DNA of 47,283 nt from Ignavibacteriaceae bacterium. GTDB lineage: Bacteria > Bacteroidota > Ignavibacteria > Ignavibacteriales > Ignavibacteriaceae. Every line of letters starts with the position of its first letter. Position 1 is the first letter of the stretch. This document shows positions 1 through 9,041 of the stretch, piece after piece. Below the pieces are notes generated by a model. That model had not been told where the DNA came from and ran no database searches. It was given only the letters and a program-made list of their open reading frames with translations. A program made the translations under genes and the position numbers. The stretch covers positions 1 to 47,283 of the forward strand of contig JANWIS010000066.1 in assembly GCA_025449775.1 (NCBI GenBank). The letters are read 5' to 3'.

Positions 1-1962
1 AACAACGTAATAATAATCTCTTAACGGAAATACACTTGAATCTGTATAGCTTGATTGACTACTACCAACACTTCCTACTCTGTTGTATGGTCCGCCTGAT
101 ATAAGTGCTCTGTAAATGGCTACACTATCCACACCAACCGGCAATGAATTCGGAAACAGATCATTAACTTTTTTGTTTGTTTGATTCATAGTTTTGGTTG
201 AAGTCCCGGAAAAATTTTCGGGAGTAAGATCATCACCTACCATTTTAGCTATCTCCTGCTTTCTTTGAAGATTGGGAGTAAGAGCATTCCACGACAGCAT
301 TATAGCTCCGGGTAAATTTGTTGAGGCACTTAAAGTTGGAGGCAGAAAGGGATATGGAAAAACTAACAGGTTTACACCGGTTGTTGTTTGGCCTTCATCA
401 ACAATAACATTAGTTATTAGCGCATAGTTATTACCCGGTTTTTCGGCTAAAACTGTATAGGTTCCGGGAGTTATATTTTCAATTAAATAACTTCCATTAA
501 CATCTGTAACTGCAGAACGTATACTTCCGATTGGTCTAACAAGCACTCCGCTGTCATCGGGTGAACTTAATATATCAACTGTGCCGGTAACATGTCCTCC
601 ACCGAGATCAATTTCACAGAGGAAAATCCGTCCGCCATTTCCAAACTCACGTGCGTGAACTGCTTTGCCTCCGCCAAAAACTCTTTTGCCATCCGGAGAA
701 ATATCGCAAGTAAAAAATGAACCGGGTGAAACAACATTAAAAGTTAGTGCACCTGTTTCAACATCAAAGACCATCATATCAGGACGTGTATGCGCAAGAT
801 CTCCCCAGGTTACTGCAACTGCAACCTTACCATCATCTGAAAGTTTAATATCATCTACTAAATCACCGGCACCGCTGAAAACCCATTTAGGTGATCCATC
901 TCCATAAGTATCGAAACACATAACAGAACCTTCATAACCTGCTGAAAGAAATATCAGCGAGCCAGCCATTATTGTATTTCCATCTGCAGAAATTCCGACT
1001 GAAGATGCCCAGTTGCTAAAAGCTCCAGGTGGTACTCTGTACTGCCAGAGTAAAAAATATTCGTTTGTCTGTGAATCAAAATGCCATGTTTGTACGAAAC
1101 CGCTGTTATCTGCTGTCGCTATTACTGTACCATCTCCGCTTATTGCTGGTGCTGATTCTGTATTATCAAGAAAATGATCCCAGATTAATGAACCATCACT
1201 ACTGTTAAATATATAAAGATGATATCTTCCCGTAACTGCTACAGTTGTGCCTGATGCGGAAAAATTAACACCAGCCCAATTTGTAACAGCACTTAAAGGT
1301 ACATCATATGTCCATGCTATTGAAGGTGTGCCTGAGATATTCATTGCATAAATTCTGTATGTAGTTGAATTGCCCCATGCATTTGCAAGAAATACTGCCA
1401 TGGAACCATCACGGGATACACTTACTGATGAGGCATAAAATGAATCGGGCAAAGTTAGTTGATAATCGATGTTGCCTGTTGAAGGATTTAAAAGATAAAA
1501 ATTATTGGCTGAAGTTACTGCAATAACTGACCCATCACTCGAAATATCAACTGCAGGATCATATGGCTGAGTATTGAAATTCCAAATCGGTGTACTGTTT
1601 ATATCATTATATAAAGTTGCTCTCATATCATTTAAACCCCATCCAGTAATGGCTGAACTACCTGTACCATTTAAAGCAACAAAATTTGCTATGGAAACAG
1701 GATCTTGAGTTGACCACAAAATTGTTCCGCCAAGCACAAACTGTTCTCCGTCAGCAGATTTCTTTCCGTAAAGATGTTCATCAAGGGATTGTTGTTCATC
1801 GTTATTTATAGTAGGGATTGTTTGGAAGGATACTTTACCATCTTTTTCAAGAGTTTTAGTTCCGATAAATTCATTGCTCTGGCTGAAATTCTCATTGTTA
1901 AATAAAAGTATAAATGTAGAGCAGATCAAAATGAATGAGTGTAAAGAAAAAAATATTTTCAT
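1..1962 (-). CDS. Secreted beta-propeller protein, C-terminus cut by window edge: signal peptide, PD40/WD40-like propeller repeats, CarboxypepD_reg-like domain, FN3-like domain
   Basis: Absent from ORF track because it has no stop inside the window. I read every codon from 1962 to 1 in frame and found no stop. ATG at 1960-1962. N-terminus MKIFFSLHSFILICSTFILLF looks like a signal peptide. Recurrent S-x-DG-x-x-[IV]A strands (ISSDGSVIAV, VSRDGSMAV, ISGDGTVIA, ISADGNTIMA, ISPDGKRV). TDVNGSYLIENITPGTYTVLAEKPGNNYA (about 420-540) resembles a carboxypeptidase-regulatory-like domain. LSWNA..IYRA..YTD..YYYVV (1-300) is FN3-like. Confidence 0.8.
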   Translation of the reverse strand, partial: MKIFFSLHSFILICSTFILLFNNENFSQSNEFIGTKTLEKDGKVSFQTIPTINNDEQQSLDEHLYGKKSADGEQFVLGGTILWSTQDPVSIANFVALNGTGSSAITGWGLNDMRATLYNDINSTPIWNFNTQPYDPAVDISSDGSVIAVTSANNFYLLNPSTGNIDYQLTLPDSFYASSVSVSRDGSMAVFLANAWGNSTTYRIYAMNISGTPSIAWTYDVPLSAVTNWAGVNFSASGTTVAVTGRYHLYIFNSSDGSLIWDHFLDNTESAPAISGDGTVIATADNSGFVQTWHFDSQTNEYFLLWQYRVPPGAFSNWASSVGISADGNTIMAGSLIFLSAGYEGSVMCFDTYGDGSPKWVFSGAGDLVDDIKLSDDGKVAVAVTWGDLAHTRPDMMVFDVETGALTFNVVSPGSFFTCDISPDGKRVFGGGKAVHAREFGNGGRIFLCEIDLGGGHVTGTVDILSSPDDSGVLVRPIGSIRSAVTDVNGSYLIENITPGTYTVLAEKPGNNYALITNVIVDEGQTTTGVNLLVFPYPFLPPTLSASTNLPGAIMLSWNALTPNLQRKQEIAKMVGDDLTPENFSGTSTKTMNQTNKKVNDLFPNSLPVGVDSVAIYRALISGGPYNRVGSVGSSQSSYTDSSVFPLRDYYYVV

Positions 1963-2057
1963 ATAGACCTCCATTATTTTATGCACATACTTTAATAAAA
2001 ATAAATTATTTTTTCTATACCAAATTAAATTTATTCTTTACTAATCGCTAAAGATTT

Positions 2058-2699
2058 TCAAAACCTGAACCTGATATATTTTATTTTTCTTCCCAAGTTT
2101 ATGTAATGCTTTTCATACTTTGTAAGCATACCTGAACTTATTTCGGAATTGTTACCATCATACACATCCCCAGAAGAAAAAAGAATTTTACATCCTGATT
2201 TTGAAATATTTTTTAATGCATACTCATACAATTCTTCATTATCCGTTTTAAAATGAATAATTCCAGATTCGGTAAGAAGATCTTGATAAATTTTCAGAAG
2301 CGAAAGTGATATCAATCTCTTTTTTACTTTCCTCCTGCGGACATGAGGATCAGGGAAAGGAATGAAGATTTCTTCAATTGATTCGGCTGGAAAAATTTCG
2401 TTCAACTTTTCTGCTTTACCAATAATAAAAGCAACATTTTTCAAATTTTGGTTAAACGCATCAAGTGCTCCAGTGAAGATCCTGGCACCTTTCAAGTCCA
2501 GACCAACAAAATTCCGATTAGAAAATTTTTTTGCAAGTTCAATCGAATAATCACCATGTCCACATCCAATTTCGAGAGTAAAAGTCTTCGCAATTTTAAA
2601 GTATTGTTGAATTGCACTATCAACTTCTTCGTCTTCAAGAGTGAATATATTCGGAAGCTCTTTTAATTTCTTTAATCTTTTAAGTTTTGTTCTTGCCAT
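2058..2699 (-). CDS. trmB: tRNA (guanine-N7)-methyltransferase
   Basis: 213 aa, ATG at 2697-2699. SAM-binding LEIGCGHGDY and FPDPHVRRRKVKKRL match the TrmB signature region. Confidence 0.85.
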   Translation of the reverse strand: MARTKLKRLKKLKELPNIFTLEDEEVDSAIQQYFKIAKTFTLEIGCGHGDYSIELAKKFSNRNFVGLDLKGARIFTGALDAFNQNLKNVAFIIGKAEKLNEIFPAESIEEIFIPFPDPHVRRRKVKKRLISLSLLKIYQDLLTESGIIHFKTDNEELYEYALKNISKSGCKILFSSGDVYDGNNSEISSGMLTKYEKHYINLGRKIKYIRFRF

Positions 2700-2882
2700 T
2701 CAAGTTTCAATCAAATAATCCGTTTTACAAGATATGATTTGTTCTTATTTTAGCTGCATCAAGATTGAAAAACCAAAAATAAATACTTAGTTTGCCGTTG
2801 AAACATCTTTCATCTGTATAAATCATCGTTTGTTCAAACTTACTCAAATAGTTTTTTTCTAATATCAGGTTCGGGAGGAAAT

Positions 2883-3296
2883 ATGGCATTTCAAATACGA
2901 AAAGTAGATTATTTTTATTGCTCAGTGGTTGATCAGCCCGGTGAAGCATATAAGCTCCTTTCACAATTAGAAAAAAGCGGAATCAGTTTACTTGCATTTA
3001 CTGCTATTCCGGTTGGTCCCGACCGGACTCAGTTAACACTTTTTCCTGAAAATGCAACGAAGCTGACTACTGAAGCAATGAGAACAAATTTTATACTCGA
3101 TGGTCCTCATCGTGCTTTACTTGTTCAGGGGGATGATGAGCTTGGTGCATTAGTAGAAATTCACCAGGTACTTTTCGAGGCAAAAGTAAATGTATATGCC
3201 TCAAGTGGTGTAACAGATAACAGGGGTAGTTTTGGTTATCTTCTTTATGTCAGACCTGAAGAATATGATCGTGCAGCTAAAGCTTTAAAAGTTTAA
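2883..3296 (+). CDS. Small ACT-like (tandem beta-alpha-beta-beta-alpha-beta) protein, function unknown
   Basis: 137 aa with GGGAGGA SD upstream. Two D-x-PG/ELGAL..L units typical of ACT-type ligand-binding folds. Family assignment by eye only. Confidence 0.6.
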   Translation: MAFQIRKVDYFYCSVVDQPGEAYKLLSQLEKSGISLLAFTAIPVGPDRTQLTLFPENATKLTTEAMRTNFILDGPHRALLVQGDDELGALVEIHQVLFEAKVNVYASSGVTDNRGSFGYLLYVRPEEYDRAAKALKV

Positions 3297-3348
3297 AGAA
3301 TTTTATTGCCTCTCGTTTTAATATTTCCAACCAGCAGAGAAAATTTTT

Positions 3349-4638
3349 ATGAATAAAAGATCTCCATTTCCGATTGTATTCTGGATCGCCAATAGTATCG
3401 AAGTCCTTGAAAGATTTTCTTACTACGGAATTTATCTGGGCTTTGGTATTTACATGGAATATCTCGGATATTCTAAAGGTCAGCTTGGAATTGTTCAAAG
3501 CTTGTTCCTTCTATTTTCGTATGTCGTTCCAATATTCTCCGGAACATTTGCCGATCGGTTTGGATTTAAGAAAATGCTTATCATTTCTTACGTGGCATAT
3601 TTACCTACAATCCTATTGTTGATAACAACAAAATCATTTACCGGAATTGCTCTTACAATGCTCGGTATCGGGTTTGCGGCTGGAATATTTAAACCGCTTA
3701 TTACAGGAACAGTAAGAGTAACCACAGATAAAACTAATAAAACTCTCGGCTTCGGAATATTTTATGCGATGGTAAATATCGGGGCTTCATTTGGTCCTGT
3801 GATAGCCGGTAAATTAAGAGCAATTTCATGGAACCATGCATTTATTGCTGCAGCTATCGGGATCGGGATAATGTTATTAATTACTCTCTTCTTCTACAAA
3901 GAACCGAAGAGGGAAATAGAAGGTATTACACTAAAACAAAAATTTCGTGATATGTATGTTGCTCTTTCCGATATAAAATTTCTGATTTTCCTTGTAATTC
4001 TTGGATTGATATTCTGGCTTCCGTTGTGGGCATTCTTTAATCTAATTGCGGTTTATATCGATAGAAACCTCGATACGATAAGGTTATACCAAATTATTGA
4101 TAGTGTAATGCCGAATTGGTTTTCTAATATTATATCAGCAGAAGATGAATCAGGAAACAGAAGACTGCTTGGTGAAACAATTGCACATACGGGATATATA
4201 ATAATGGTACTACAAATTTTTGTTTCCAGGATATTTGAAAAAGTAAAAGCTATTCCATCATTCAGCATTGGATTATTTATTGCAGCATTGGGAATGTTTA
4301 CTATTGGCTTTGCATACATATCATCACCAGAATTTGTTCTTCTTGGGATTTTCTTCTTTGCTGTTGGAGAAATGATTTCTTCTCCGCGTATCCAGGAATA
4401 TATAATGTGGCTTGCACCAAAAGAGAAAGCCGGCTTGTATATGGGTACAAATTTTCTTGCAGCCGGACTAGGTGGATCTTTGAGCGGATTAATTTACACT
4501 TCTCTTTATGGTAATTTCAGAGATTCAGGAAACCCGGAATACGTTTGGTTTTTTCTGGCAGGAAATTTATTGCTTGGAATAATCTCTCTCTATATTTTTA
4601 CAAAAACTGCCGGCGAGTTTAAAGAACTGGAACATTAA
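3349..4638 (+). CDS. Proton-dependent oligopeptide transporter (POT/PTR2 family MFS)
   Basis: 429 aa, polytopic. N-terminal EVLERFSYYG matches the POT ExxERFxYYG signature. Confidence 0.85.
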   Translation: MNKRSPFPIVFWIANSIEVLERFSYYGIYLGFGIYMEYLGYSKGQLGIVQSLFLLFSYVVPIFSGTFADRFGFKKMLIISYVAYLPTILLLITTKSFTGIALTMLGIGFAAGIFKPLITGTVRVTTDKTNKTLGFGIFYAMVNIGASFGPVIAGKLRAISWNHAFIAAAIGIGIMLLITLFFYKEPKREIEGITLKQKFRDMYVALSDIKFLIFLVILGLIFWLPLWAFFNLIAVYIDRNLDTIRLYQIIDSVMPNWFSNIISAEDESGNRRLLGETIAHTGYIIMVLQIFVSRIFEKVKAIPSFSIGLFIAALGMFTIGFAYISSPEFVLLGIFFFAVGEMISSPRIQEYIMWLAPKEKAGLYMGTNFLAAGLGGSLSGLIYTSLYGNFRDSGNPEYVWFFLAGNLLLGIISLYIFTKTAGEFKELEH

Positions 4639-4654
4639 TCATAGGAAAATATTT

Positions 4655-5014
4655 ATGCCAACAATAATCCAATCACCAAAAACAATTGAAGCAGCAGGTA
4701 ATCAACCGAAAATCATTGAAGAATTTTTCGGTAATGTAAACTCGGGAACAAAGGAAGTAAGCATAGCTCGTATGCAAAGCCCGGAAGGCTGGCAGGAGCC
4801 CGGACAAACTCCGGAATTTGATGAATATACATTGGTTCTTAAAGGTAATTTGAGAATCGAAACCAAAGAAAAAATATTTGATGTAAAAGCAGGTGAAGCA
4901 ATTATCACTAAATCAGGCGAATGGGTAAGATACAGTACACCACATCCGGATGGAGCCGAATACATCGCAATTTGCTTACCGGCTTTCACATTGGAAAAAG
5001 CACACAGAGATTAG
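4655..5014 (+). CDS. Cupin-domain protein
   Basis: 119 aa, 16 nt after the transporter stop. Beta-rich pattern (YTLVLKGNLRIE...GEAIITKSGEWVRYSTP) is typical of small cupin_2 proteins. Metal ligands not assigned. Confidence 0.7.
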   Translation: MPTIIQSPKTIEAAGNQPKIIEEFFGNVNSGTKEVSIARMQSPEGWQEPGQTPEFDEYTLVLKGNLRIETKEKIFDVKAGEAIITKSGEWVRYSTPHPDGAEYIAICLPAFTLEKAHRD

Positions 5015-5043
5015 GAATAATTTTTATAAATAAGGAGGTTTAT

Positions 5044-5856
5044 ATGAAACGGCATTTTATAATTGCTCTTATTCTTTCAGTTACATTTATTTATTCCTGT
5101 ACTCAAAAGCAGGAACAGAAGTCACCTCTTGTTGAACAGGAAGTTGAATATATTGTTGAGGGAACAACTCTTAAAGGTTATTTAGTTTATAATGAAAATG
5201 GTGACGCCAAGAAACCGGGAATACTTGTTGTCCATGAATGGTGGGGATTGAACAACTACGCCAGAAACAGAGCACGAATGCTTGCTGAACTTGGATATGT
5301 TGCTCTTGCTTTGGATATGTTTGGTGATGGAAAGCAGGCAAACCATCCTGAAGATGCGCAAAAATTTGCAATGGCTTTATTCAGCAATGTGCAAATGGCG
5401 GAAGCCAGATTCACAGCAGCATATGATTTTATAAAATCTCAAAAATCTGTTGACAAGGAAAATATTGGTGCAATCGGTTATTGCTTTGGCGGTGGAATTG
5501 TTTTGCATATGGCAAGAGCAGGCCTCGATCTCAAAGCTGTTGTAAGTTTTCATGGTGGAATAGAAGCCGTAAAACCTGCCGAAGAAGGTAAAGTGAAATC
5601 TTTCATTCTTGTTTGCAATGGTGCAGCAGATCCATTTGTTAATGCGGCACAGATCGATACCTTCAAAGCCGAAATGGAAAAAGCAAAAGTACAGTACAAG
5701 TTTGTGAACTATGAAGATGCAAAACATAGTTTTACTAATCCTGGTGCTGATAGTATGGGAACTAAATTTAATATGCCGTTAGTTTATAATGAAAAAGCAG
5801 ATAAAGAATCCTGGCAGGAAATGAAGAATCTTTTTGAAAGAGTCTTTAGTAAATAA
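5044..5856 (+). CDS. Dienelactone hydrolase family lipoprotein
   Basis: Track ORF opens at 4921 and overlaps the cupin gene. The ATG at 5044 is preceded by AAGGAGG and starts a lipoprotein signal (MKRHFIIALILSVTFIYSC). VVHEWWGLN and the nucleophile elbow GYCFGG (Cys nucleophile) fit the DLH family. Confidence 0.8.
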   Translation: MKRHFIIALILSVTFIYSCTQKQEQKSPLVEQEVEYIVEGTTLKGYLVYNENGDAKKPGILVVHEWWGLNNYARNRARMLAELGYVALALDMFGDGKQANHPEDAQKFAMALFSNVQMAEARFTAAYDFIKSQKSVDKENIGAIGYCFGGGIVLHMARAGLDLKAVVSFHGGIEAVKPAEEGKVKSFILVCNGAADPFVNAAQIDTFKAEMEKAKVQYKFVNYEDAKHSFTNPGADSMGTKFNMPLVYNEKADKESWQEMKNLFERVFSK

Positions 5857-6022
5857 TGTAGATTACTTTTTTGATAAATCGATTCTGAATTAATATTTCG
5901 GTTACAAGCACATTTTATTTCTGATTTTGGCAGAGAGAAATAAATAGCTGATGAAATTATGCCTTTTTTAATCAAAGCCGATCGATAATATTTAAACGAG
6001 ATAAAAAAAATATCTCTTCACA

Positions 6023-6147
6023 AATCTGATCACGCCTCTTTAACGAGAGTAGCCTCCTAGTGATCAGATTAGGGCGGTCGGAACTCTTTTCTTACAATGT
6101 TATGCCCTCACTTTCATTGTATTATTTAATTTCGACCGCCTGTTTTT
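6023..6147. other. Two adjacent long hairpins in a convergent intergenic gap (candidate small RNA or compound terminator)
   Basis: Perfect 11-bp stem AATCTGATCAC (6023-6033) / GTGATCAGATT (6060-6070). Then GGCGGTCG (6073-6080) / CGACCGCC (6133-6140) enclosing ACAATG/CATTGT, followed by TGTTTTT on the plus strand. Confidence 0.45.
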
Positions 6148-6853
6148 ATTTCTTATCAAGCTTTTCATCAAAAACCTCATCTGATATTCCTTTGTTTACC
6201 TTATAATTAGAATATTCCAGATAAACTGTACCGTTTTTAGGTTTCTTTGAGTCAGTTGATGTCTTTACTGACTCAGAATCATTTCCAATATCAAATCCTT
6301 TCGGAAGCATAGAACGATCTACACTGAAAGTAAACATCATTGAAGAAGGTAAAAAATATCCTTCACTTGTTTTAAGATAATCGAGATCGATAGAAAAATT
6401 TCCAGAGGGTTTTCGGGAAGATTCCACTTTCATTATTAAATTTCTTTTAGTATCAATCCACAAAGTGCTTAAAATAATATCCGTGCCGCCTTCCAAAGGA
6501 ATCACTTTAATCACCGCAGTAATTATTCCTTTAATAGTATCTTCTTTTTCATAAAATGCTGTATATTTTGAATTAAGCAGCTCAAGAGGTGAAAAATTAA
6601 GTCCTTCTTTTGGTAAAAGTGCAAATCCTTCCGACTTAATATGGAATTTGTCAGGGCGTTTATAATAAATTATCGCTTCCCTATCGGACATTTTCAGAAA
6701 AAAAATATCTACTTTAATTTTTACATCGACCTGGTAATCTTCAATCTTATTAAACTCCTCTTTCACCTTTTCTAAAATAGGCTCTGGTTTATTAACTTGG
6801 GAAAAGTAGTTAAAACTGAATGTCAGGAGAATCGTGATTATATATTTTATCAT
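6146..6853 (-). CDS. LolA-like / outer-membrane lipoprotein-sorting-like periplasmic protein
   Basis: 235 aa with N-terminal signal peptide (MIKYIITILLTFSFNYFSQ). Beta-rich with the YYKRPDKFHI pattern seen in LolA-fold proteins. Last gene of the ABC operon. Family call by eye. Confidence 0.6.
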   Translation of the reverse strand: MIKYIITILLTFSFNYFSQVNKPEPILEKVKEEFNKIEDYQVDVKIKVDIFFLKMSDREAIIYYKRPDKFHIKSEGFALLPKEGLNFSPLELLNSKYTAFYEKEDTIKGIITAVIKVIPLEGGTDIILSTLWIDTKRNLIMKVESSRKPSGNFSIDLDYLKTSEGYFLPSSMMFTFSVDRSMLPKGFDIGNDSESVKTSTDSKKPKNGTVYLEYSNYKVNKGISDEVFDEKLDKK

Positions 6854-6876
6854 AAAACTTTAATAATAATTGATTA

Positions 6877-7719
6877 TCAGCTTAGAATATCTTTTTTCTG
6901 AAATATCCATAAAGTTGCTGTAAAGAACACAAGTATATGTGCGCATAATACCGTTACAGCTTTAATTATCTCACCAGTATCGAGAGGATTACCGAAAAAT
7001 TCTCTCCAATTTAAAATATAGTTAGTGAATAAATATGGTCTTATTGCTTTTAGTATTTCAACATCAAATGCTGATATTATTACGAATATGATTATTACAG
7101 CCATTGTCGAAACAATTGGTCCGATCGCGTTTTCTACCAAAGATGAAAAAAGAATGGCAAGGCTACACACAACAGACATACTGAGAGATGCAAAGCTGTA
7201 AGCCAGAATAAATCTCCAGATGATATCTGTTTTTTCAAATACAATTATTGCATCCGGACGCATAACTATTAGTTCACCCGTACCGAAGATCAGCAGACCA
7301 ACCAAAAGACTCATGATTGCAAGAAATAATACAAGAGAAATTGTATAGATTATTCCTGCTATAAATTTGGACGTAACAATCTGCATTCTTGAAACTGTTC
7401 TTGTAATAAGGAGACGGTATGTACCGGCTGTTGCTTCACCTGCTAAAAGGTCGGCGGCTACCAATGCTATTAAAAAAGGAATATGAATTGTTAGTGCATT
7501 TAGGATAATGTAAGATATCCAGTAACCATTTAAAAGATTTCCAACAAGAATGAATGAATCTCTTAATCCGCGGGTAACAAGTTCTAGCGATCTCTGTCCT
7601 TCAAGGTACATAGCAAGATGGAGTAATGGAACTAAAAGTCCGATTGCTATAAACCCGATGTACGTCCTCCATTTCCTAAAAATTTTAAGAAGCTCGATTT
7701 TAGTCAGCGTAAATATCAT
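6877..7719 (-). CDS. ABC-2 type transporter permease
   Basis: 280 aa with about six hydrophobic spans. Start overlaps the ATPase stop by 4 nt (7716-7719). Confidence 0.8.
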   Translation of the reverse strand: MIFTLTKIELLKIFRKWRTYIGFIAIGLLVPLLHLAMYLEGQRSLELVTRGLRDSFILVGNLLNGYWISYIILNALTIHIPFLIALVAADLLAGEATAGTYRLLITRTVSRMQIVTSKFIAGIIYTISLVLFLAIMSLLVGLLIFGTGELIVMRPDAIIVFEKTDIIWRFILAYSFASLSMSVVCSLAILFSSLVENAIGPIVSTMAVIIIFVIISAFDVEILKAIRPYLFTNYILNWREFFGNPLDTGEIIKAVTVLCAHILVFFTATLWIFQKKDILS

Positions 7720-8639
7720 CTGGTATTCGATGTTATACTAAGAAAATAATCTTCAAGCGATCTGACTGGAACAAGTGCACTTACATTTAGCCCATTTTCT
7801 ACTAGGTATTTATTTACTGAAGGGATATCATTTTGCTCAAGAGTTATATTAATATTTTTACCTGAAACTGATTCAATATTTTTCACCCAGACAGTTGTCT
7901 GCAATAAATTAACTGCCGTTTCAGTGTTATCAACTTCAATACTTACTTTCAGCACATTTGGGTTCAGAAGTTTCCCAACTTCACCTTCAACAATTTTGGT
8001 TCCTTTATTAATAATAATCATACGGTTTGCAATAATTTCAATTTCAGAAAGGATATGTGATGAGAGAAATATAGTTTTATTTTCTTCTTTGCTCAATCGT
8101 ATAATCAGGTCTCTTATTTCTTTTACACCCTGTGGATCGAGCCCGGTTGTTGGTTCATCCAGAATAATAAGTTCAGGATTATGAAGTAGTGCTTGTGCAA
8201 TCCCGAGTCGTTGTTTCATTCCATGTGAATAAGTTTTCACCTTACTGCCTGCCCGATTTTGCAAGCCAACTAGTTCTAGTAATTCGGTTATCCGTTTTCC
8301 GGTTACTTCTTTTCCTGAGATTTTAGCAAGAATTTCAAGATTTTTTTGAGCTGATATATAATTATAAAAATCAGGTTTTTCTACAATCGCCCCAACGTTT
8401 TTCAGAATCTCTCTTCGACTGGTTAGAAGATCTTTATCAAAAATTTTTATTGAACCGGATGAAGGCGATATTAATGAAAGTATCATTCTTATTGTTGTGC
8501 TTTTACCGGCACCGTTCGGACCGAGAAATCCGAAAACATCACCTTTAAAAACATTTAGATCTAATTTGTCAACGGCGAGGACATCTTTGAATTGTTTTGT
8601 CAGCCGGGAAATTTCAATTACAATATCTGTTGAAAGCAA
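7716..8639 (-). CDS. ABC transporter ATP-binding protein (ABC-2 exporter type)
   Basis: Walker A GPNGAGKST, signature-like SHGMKQRLGIA, Walker B LIILDEPTTGLD, H-loop SSHIL. TTG start at 8637-8639 with no in-frame ATG nearby. Confidence 0.9.
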   Translation of the reverse strand: MLSTDIVIEISRLTKQFKDVLAVDKLDLNVFKGDVFGFLGPNGAGKSTTIRMILSLISPSSGSIKIFDKDLLTSRREILKNVGAIVEKPDFYNYISAQKNLEILAKISGKEVTGKRITELLELVGLQNRAGSKVKTYSHGMKQRLGIAQALLHNPELIILDEPTTGLDPQGVKEIRDLIIRLSKEENKTIFLSSHILSEIEIIANRMIIINKGTKIVEGEVGKLLNPNVLKVSIEVDNTETAVNLLQTTVWVKNIESVSGKNINITLEQNDIPSVNKYLVENGLNVSALVPVRSLEDYFLSITSNTR

Positions 8640-9041
8640 AATTGGTCTATTTAATTTATGATCGGATAAAAATTATTGTATTCTTTTTTTACAACACGGT
8701 TCAATTTTTGATGCATCAACTTGTACCTTAAAAAAAATTTTCTTAAATCAAAATTTGTTGTGAATATTTTTTTAAAAAAAATTTTTTATCTATTGAAATT
8801 TAATTTGCAATTATTAAAAAATATTGCCAAGTTAGCATTGCCTTGTTCGGGGTAAAAAAAATAAAATGTATGATGCAATTTTCATTAACTAAAATATTTC
8901 TTCTTCCTTTACGCCCCGACTCTAAACCTTAATTAAAGATTTTTTTGTTTCATTAAAATAGTTACTAATGAAGTGAATATCCTTCTATTATTAATAATTT
9001 TTTTTCACTTTAATTAACAATCCGAAAACCGGGAGATTTGA

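Noticed and set aside
4921-5043. Upstream part of the 311-aa track ORF, which overlaps the 3' end of the cupin gene
   Set aside because: The internal ATG at 5044 has a perfect AAGGAGG SD and starts a lipoprotein signal peptide. The upstream 41 codons have no family resemblance and overlap the cupin CDS.
5784-5975. 63-aa minus-strand ORF overlapping the 3' end of the hydrolase gene
   Set aside because: It has no SD and no recognisable family, it overlaps a well-supported CDS, and it is probably spurious.
6101-6205. 34-codon plus-strand ORF (MPSLSLYYLISTACFYFLSS..) starting inside the second hairpin
   Set aside because: It has no SD and runs antisense into the LolA-like gene. Its hydrophobicity is explained by T-rich sequence.
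8640-9041. Possible cobalamin riboswitch or NrdR boxes upstream of nrdJ
   Set aside because: I could not find a B12-box (GCCACTG-like core) or a tandem palindromic NrdR-box pair by eye. The weak TACAA..TTGTA repeat is insufficient. Kept only as an unexplained long leader.
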